This document shows, one piece after another, positions 61,098-64,000 of a DNA stretch of 64,000 nt; the stretch's first letter is position 1; every line of letters begins with the position of its first letter. Source of the DNA: Fistulifera solaris (lineage: Eukaryota); NCBI GenBank assembly GCA_030295235.1, contig AP026162.1, forward strand, positions 248,001-312,000, in the 5' to 3' direction. The notes under the pieces were generated by a model. That model had not been told where the DNA came from. It made no database searches and saw only the letters and a program-made list of their open reading frames with translations. The position numbers and the translations under genes were made by a program.

Positions 61098-61398
61098 ACT
61101 ATAAAAGGTTAAAGGCGCTACATCAAAGAACTATCTTGATACTCATGGTCTAATAATGTGTCCATGTTCATCTTCTATTGTTCACTTCCAAGTTTCGTAT
61201 AGATCTTAATGTACATGAGGCACGACTACATTCAGTCATGAGTTCATTTTATTACGACGAGACAGCCTATCATTAATAATCAAAATAAACTCGAAGCTCG
61301 ATGAGCTACATAACTGTATAGGCACCTTCAATAGCATTGCAAGGCACGGCGCCTTGGTTATCAGCGTCGTAAATCACGTTGCATAGTTTGTGTCCGTA

Positions 61399-61455
61399 TT
61401 TACTATAGACCTAAAGTGAAGATTACTTTTTGCCATGACTGCATTGCAGTCACGA
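61399..61455 (+). promoter_or_regulatory. Solo copy of ~55-bp tripartite intergenic element
   Basis: TTTACTATAGACCTAAAGTG...CATGACTG-CATTG-CAGTCACGA with 39-nt spacing. Confidence 0.6.
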
Positions 61456-61650
61456 ACCCTGCAAGCGCAATTTTATACTCCGTATTACTCCGTACCAGGT
61501 ATTTTTATAAAGAAAAGACCCCGTCCGGCGAAATTGGGCAAATACAAGTACGTTCTTGAAATTGGACCCCTTTTGGGGGGTTTAAAAGTGCTAGACACCG
61601 TGATAGTGAAACGGTTTCTACTCCTAGCGCAAAGGGGAAATCACATCCTA

Positions 61651-63702
61651 ATAAAAAATGAAACACTTAACAAGTTGTTCAGAATCATCATTGTTGCAAC
61701 ATTGTTTACCCGTATTTATCATATAAACGCAGTTAAATGACAATGGACGGATGCGAGAGACGTAAACGGAACCCTTTGTTGTTCGGTTCATGACTACTGT
61801 ACAATCCAGTCTTGGCTGGCGTAAACCAACACTTCGTTTCATAGTGAAAATTCATATGGTGTCGATCCTCGGATTTTCGACGTGAAAATAAAAGAAACTC
61901 TCAACAAATAGTTCAGAATCATCATTGTTGCGACATTACTTACCCGTAATTATAATTATATTTACGGTTGAATGACAATGGACGGCTGCGAGACGCAAAA
62001 CGGAACCCTTTGTTGTTCAGTTCATGACTACTGTAAACCAACACTCCGTTTGATAGTGAAAATTCATTTGGTGTCGATCCTCAGATTTTCGACGTGAAAA
62101 TAAAAAAAACTCTTAACACGTACCTTGTAAATCGTAAATCAGAATCATCATTGTTGCGACCTTAATTACCCGTAATCATAATTATATTCACAGTTGAATG
62201 ACAATGGATCAATGGACGGGTGCGAGACGCAAAACGGAACCCTTTGTTGTTCAGTTCATGACTACTGTAAACCAACACTCCGTTTTATAGTGATAATTCA
62301 AGGCTTCGATCCTCTGATTTTCGACGTGAAAATAAAAGAAACTCTCAACAAGTTGTTCAGAATCATCATTGTTGCAACATTGTTTACCCGTATTTATCAT
62401 ATAAACGCAGTTAAATGACAATGGACGGATGCGAGAGACGTAAACGGAACCCTTTGTTGTTCGGTTCATGACTACTGTACAATCCAGTCTTGGCTGGCGT
62501 AAACCAACACTTCGTTTCATAGTGAAAATTCATATGGTGTCGATCCTCGGATTTTCGACGTGAAAATAAAAGAAACTCTCAACAAATAGTTCAGAATCAT
62601 CATTGTTGCGACATTACTTACCCGTAATTATAATTATATTTACGGTTGAATGACAATGGACGGCTGCGAGACGCAAAACGGAACCCTTTGTTGTTCAGTT
62701 CATGACTACTGTAAACCAACACTCCGTTTGATAGTGAAAATTCATTTGGTGTCGATCCTCAGATTTTCGACGTGAAAATAAAAAAACTCTTAACACGTAC
62801 CTTGTAAATCGTAAATCAGAATCATCATTGTTGCGACCTTAATTACCCGTAATCATAATTATATTCACAGTTGAATGACAATGGATCAATGGACGGGTGC
62901 GAGACGCAAAACGGAACCCTTTGTTGTTCAGTTCATGACTACTGTAAACCAACACTCCGTTTTATAGTGATAATTCAAGGCTTCGATCCTCTGATTTTCG
63001 ACGTGAAAATAAAAGAAACTCTCAACAAGTTGTTCAGAATCATCATTGTTGCAACTTTGTTTACCCGTATTTATCATATAAACGCAGTTAAATGACAATG
63101 GACGGATGCGAGAGACGCAAAACGGAACCCTTTGTTGTTCGGTTCATGACCACTGTACAATCCAGTCTTGGCTGGCGTAAACCAACACTTCGTTTCATAG
63201 TGAAAATTCATATGGTGTCGATCCTCGGATTTTCGACGTGAAAATAAAAAAAACTTTTGAGTTCAGAATCATGCTAACTTAATTAGCCTTAATTAAAATA
63301 ATATTCGCAATTGAAAGTCAATGGATGGATGCGAGAGACGCAAAACGGAACCCTTTGTTGTTCGGTTCATGACTACTGTACTATCGAGTCTTGGCTGGCG
63401 TAAACCAACACTTTGTTTCATAGTGAAAATTCATTTGGTGTCGATCCTCGGATTTTCGACGTGAAAATAAAAGAAACTCTTAACAAGTAGGTCTAGTTCA
63501 GAATCATCATTGTTCCGACATTACTTACCCGTAATTATAATTATATTCGCGGTTGAATGACAATGGACGGATTGGGCAAGAGGTATTGTCCACCTCTTGG
63601 ATTGGGGAAGGCAAAACGGAACCCTTTGTTGTTCGGTTCATGACTACTGTACTATCGAGTCTTGACTGGCGTAAACCAACATCTTGCGTCATAGTGGAAA
63701 AA
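61651..63702. repeat. AT-rich satellite: nine monomers, mostly 210-235 bp, with a trimeric ~678-bp higher-order repeat
   Basis: Marker CGGAACCCTTTGTTGTTC at 61767, 62001, 62235, 62445, 62679, 62912, 63123, 63346 and 63617. Near-identical sequence recurs at offsets of 677-678 bp. Confidence 0.95.
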
Positions 63703-64000
63703 TGGCAAAATAGACGCAAACTAGACGCAAACTAGACCTAGATGAATGCGATTGCACGAACAATGCGACGGCCTTGACTTTGACCTTGACCATGTCATGA
63801 TCATTATTAAGGGAGCTTGTTCTGGTAGAAAAAGCTCACTTTTTGGGACTCTCACTGTGCGTGCTGATCAGCGCGTACTGCAATTACCGAACAAAACATG
63901 AGCCAGCCGCCTTCACGCCGCCGAAGCCGTGGACAAGGGCCTTTGCGGCTGTCATGGCCCACAACGCAACAATCACAAACTGCAACGACGTCCTTCGAAA

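Noticed and set aside
61651..63702. CRISPR-like array
   Set aside because: Whole monomers are repeated with no unique spacers, there are no cas genes, and the context is eukaryotic.
61648..63735. Repeated short ORFs (MKRSVGLRQ..., MNDNGSMD...)
   Set aside because: They are by-products of the satellite, use non-ATG or arbitrary starts and show no protein-like features.
63711..63740. (TAGACGCAAAC)2.5 as a telomeric repeat
   Set aside because: Only ~2.5 copies, and unlike TTAGGG-type repeats.

Overview
Gene-dense eukaryotic nuclear DNA, most likely a pennate diatom or related stramenopile. This is inferred from short GT-AG introns, bipartite signal+ASAF-like plastid leaders, DUF6824 and diatom-type BTB genes. 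About 28 protein genes are supported, including ADSL, MED31, presequence protease, an FG nucleoporin, PP2A-A, a CobW GTPase, eIF4E, P4H, SAE1, SNU13, SLBP, a two-pore K+ channel, nicastrin, a PERK-like kinase, CYP38, DJ-1 and MYG1. About 15 single-base frameshifts, mostly in homopolymer runs, break 11 otherwise intact genes and look like long-read consensus errors. The most unusual signal is non-coding: a ~55-bp element with fixed spacing (TTTACTATAG..AAAGTG..CAYGACTG-N5-CAGTCAYGA). It occurs as solo copies in at least six intergenic regions, and it is also the core of a 3-unit array at 45.0-45.6 kb and of a 9-monomer satellite with a ~678-bp higher-order repeat at 61.7-63.7 kb. Two MITEs, palindromic repeat arrays around an orphan ORF and a 2OG-oxygenase pseudogene are also present. 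No tRNA, rRNA or CRISPR array was recognised. All homology calls come from motif recognition by eye; no database searches were run.
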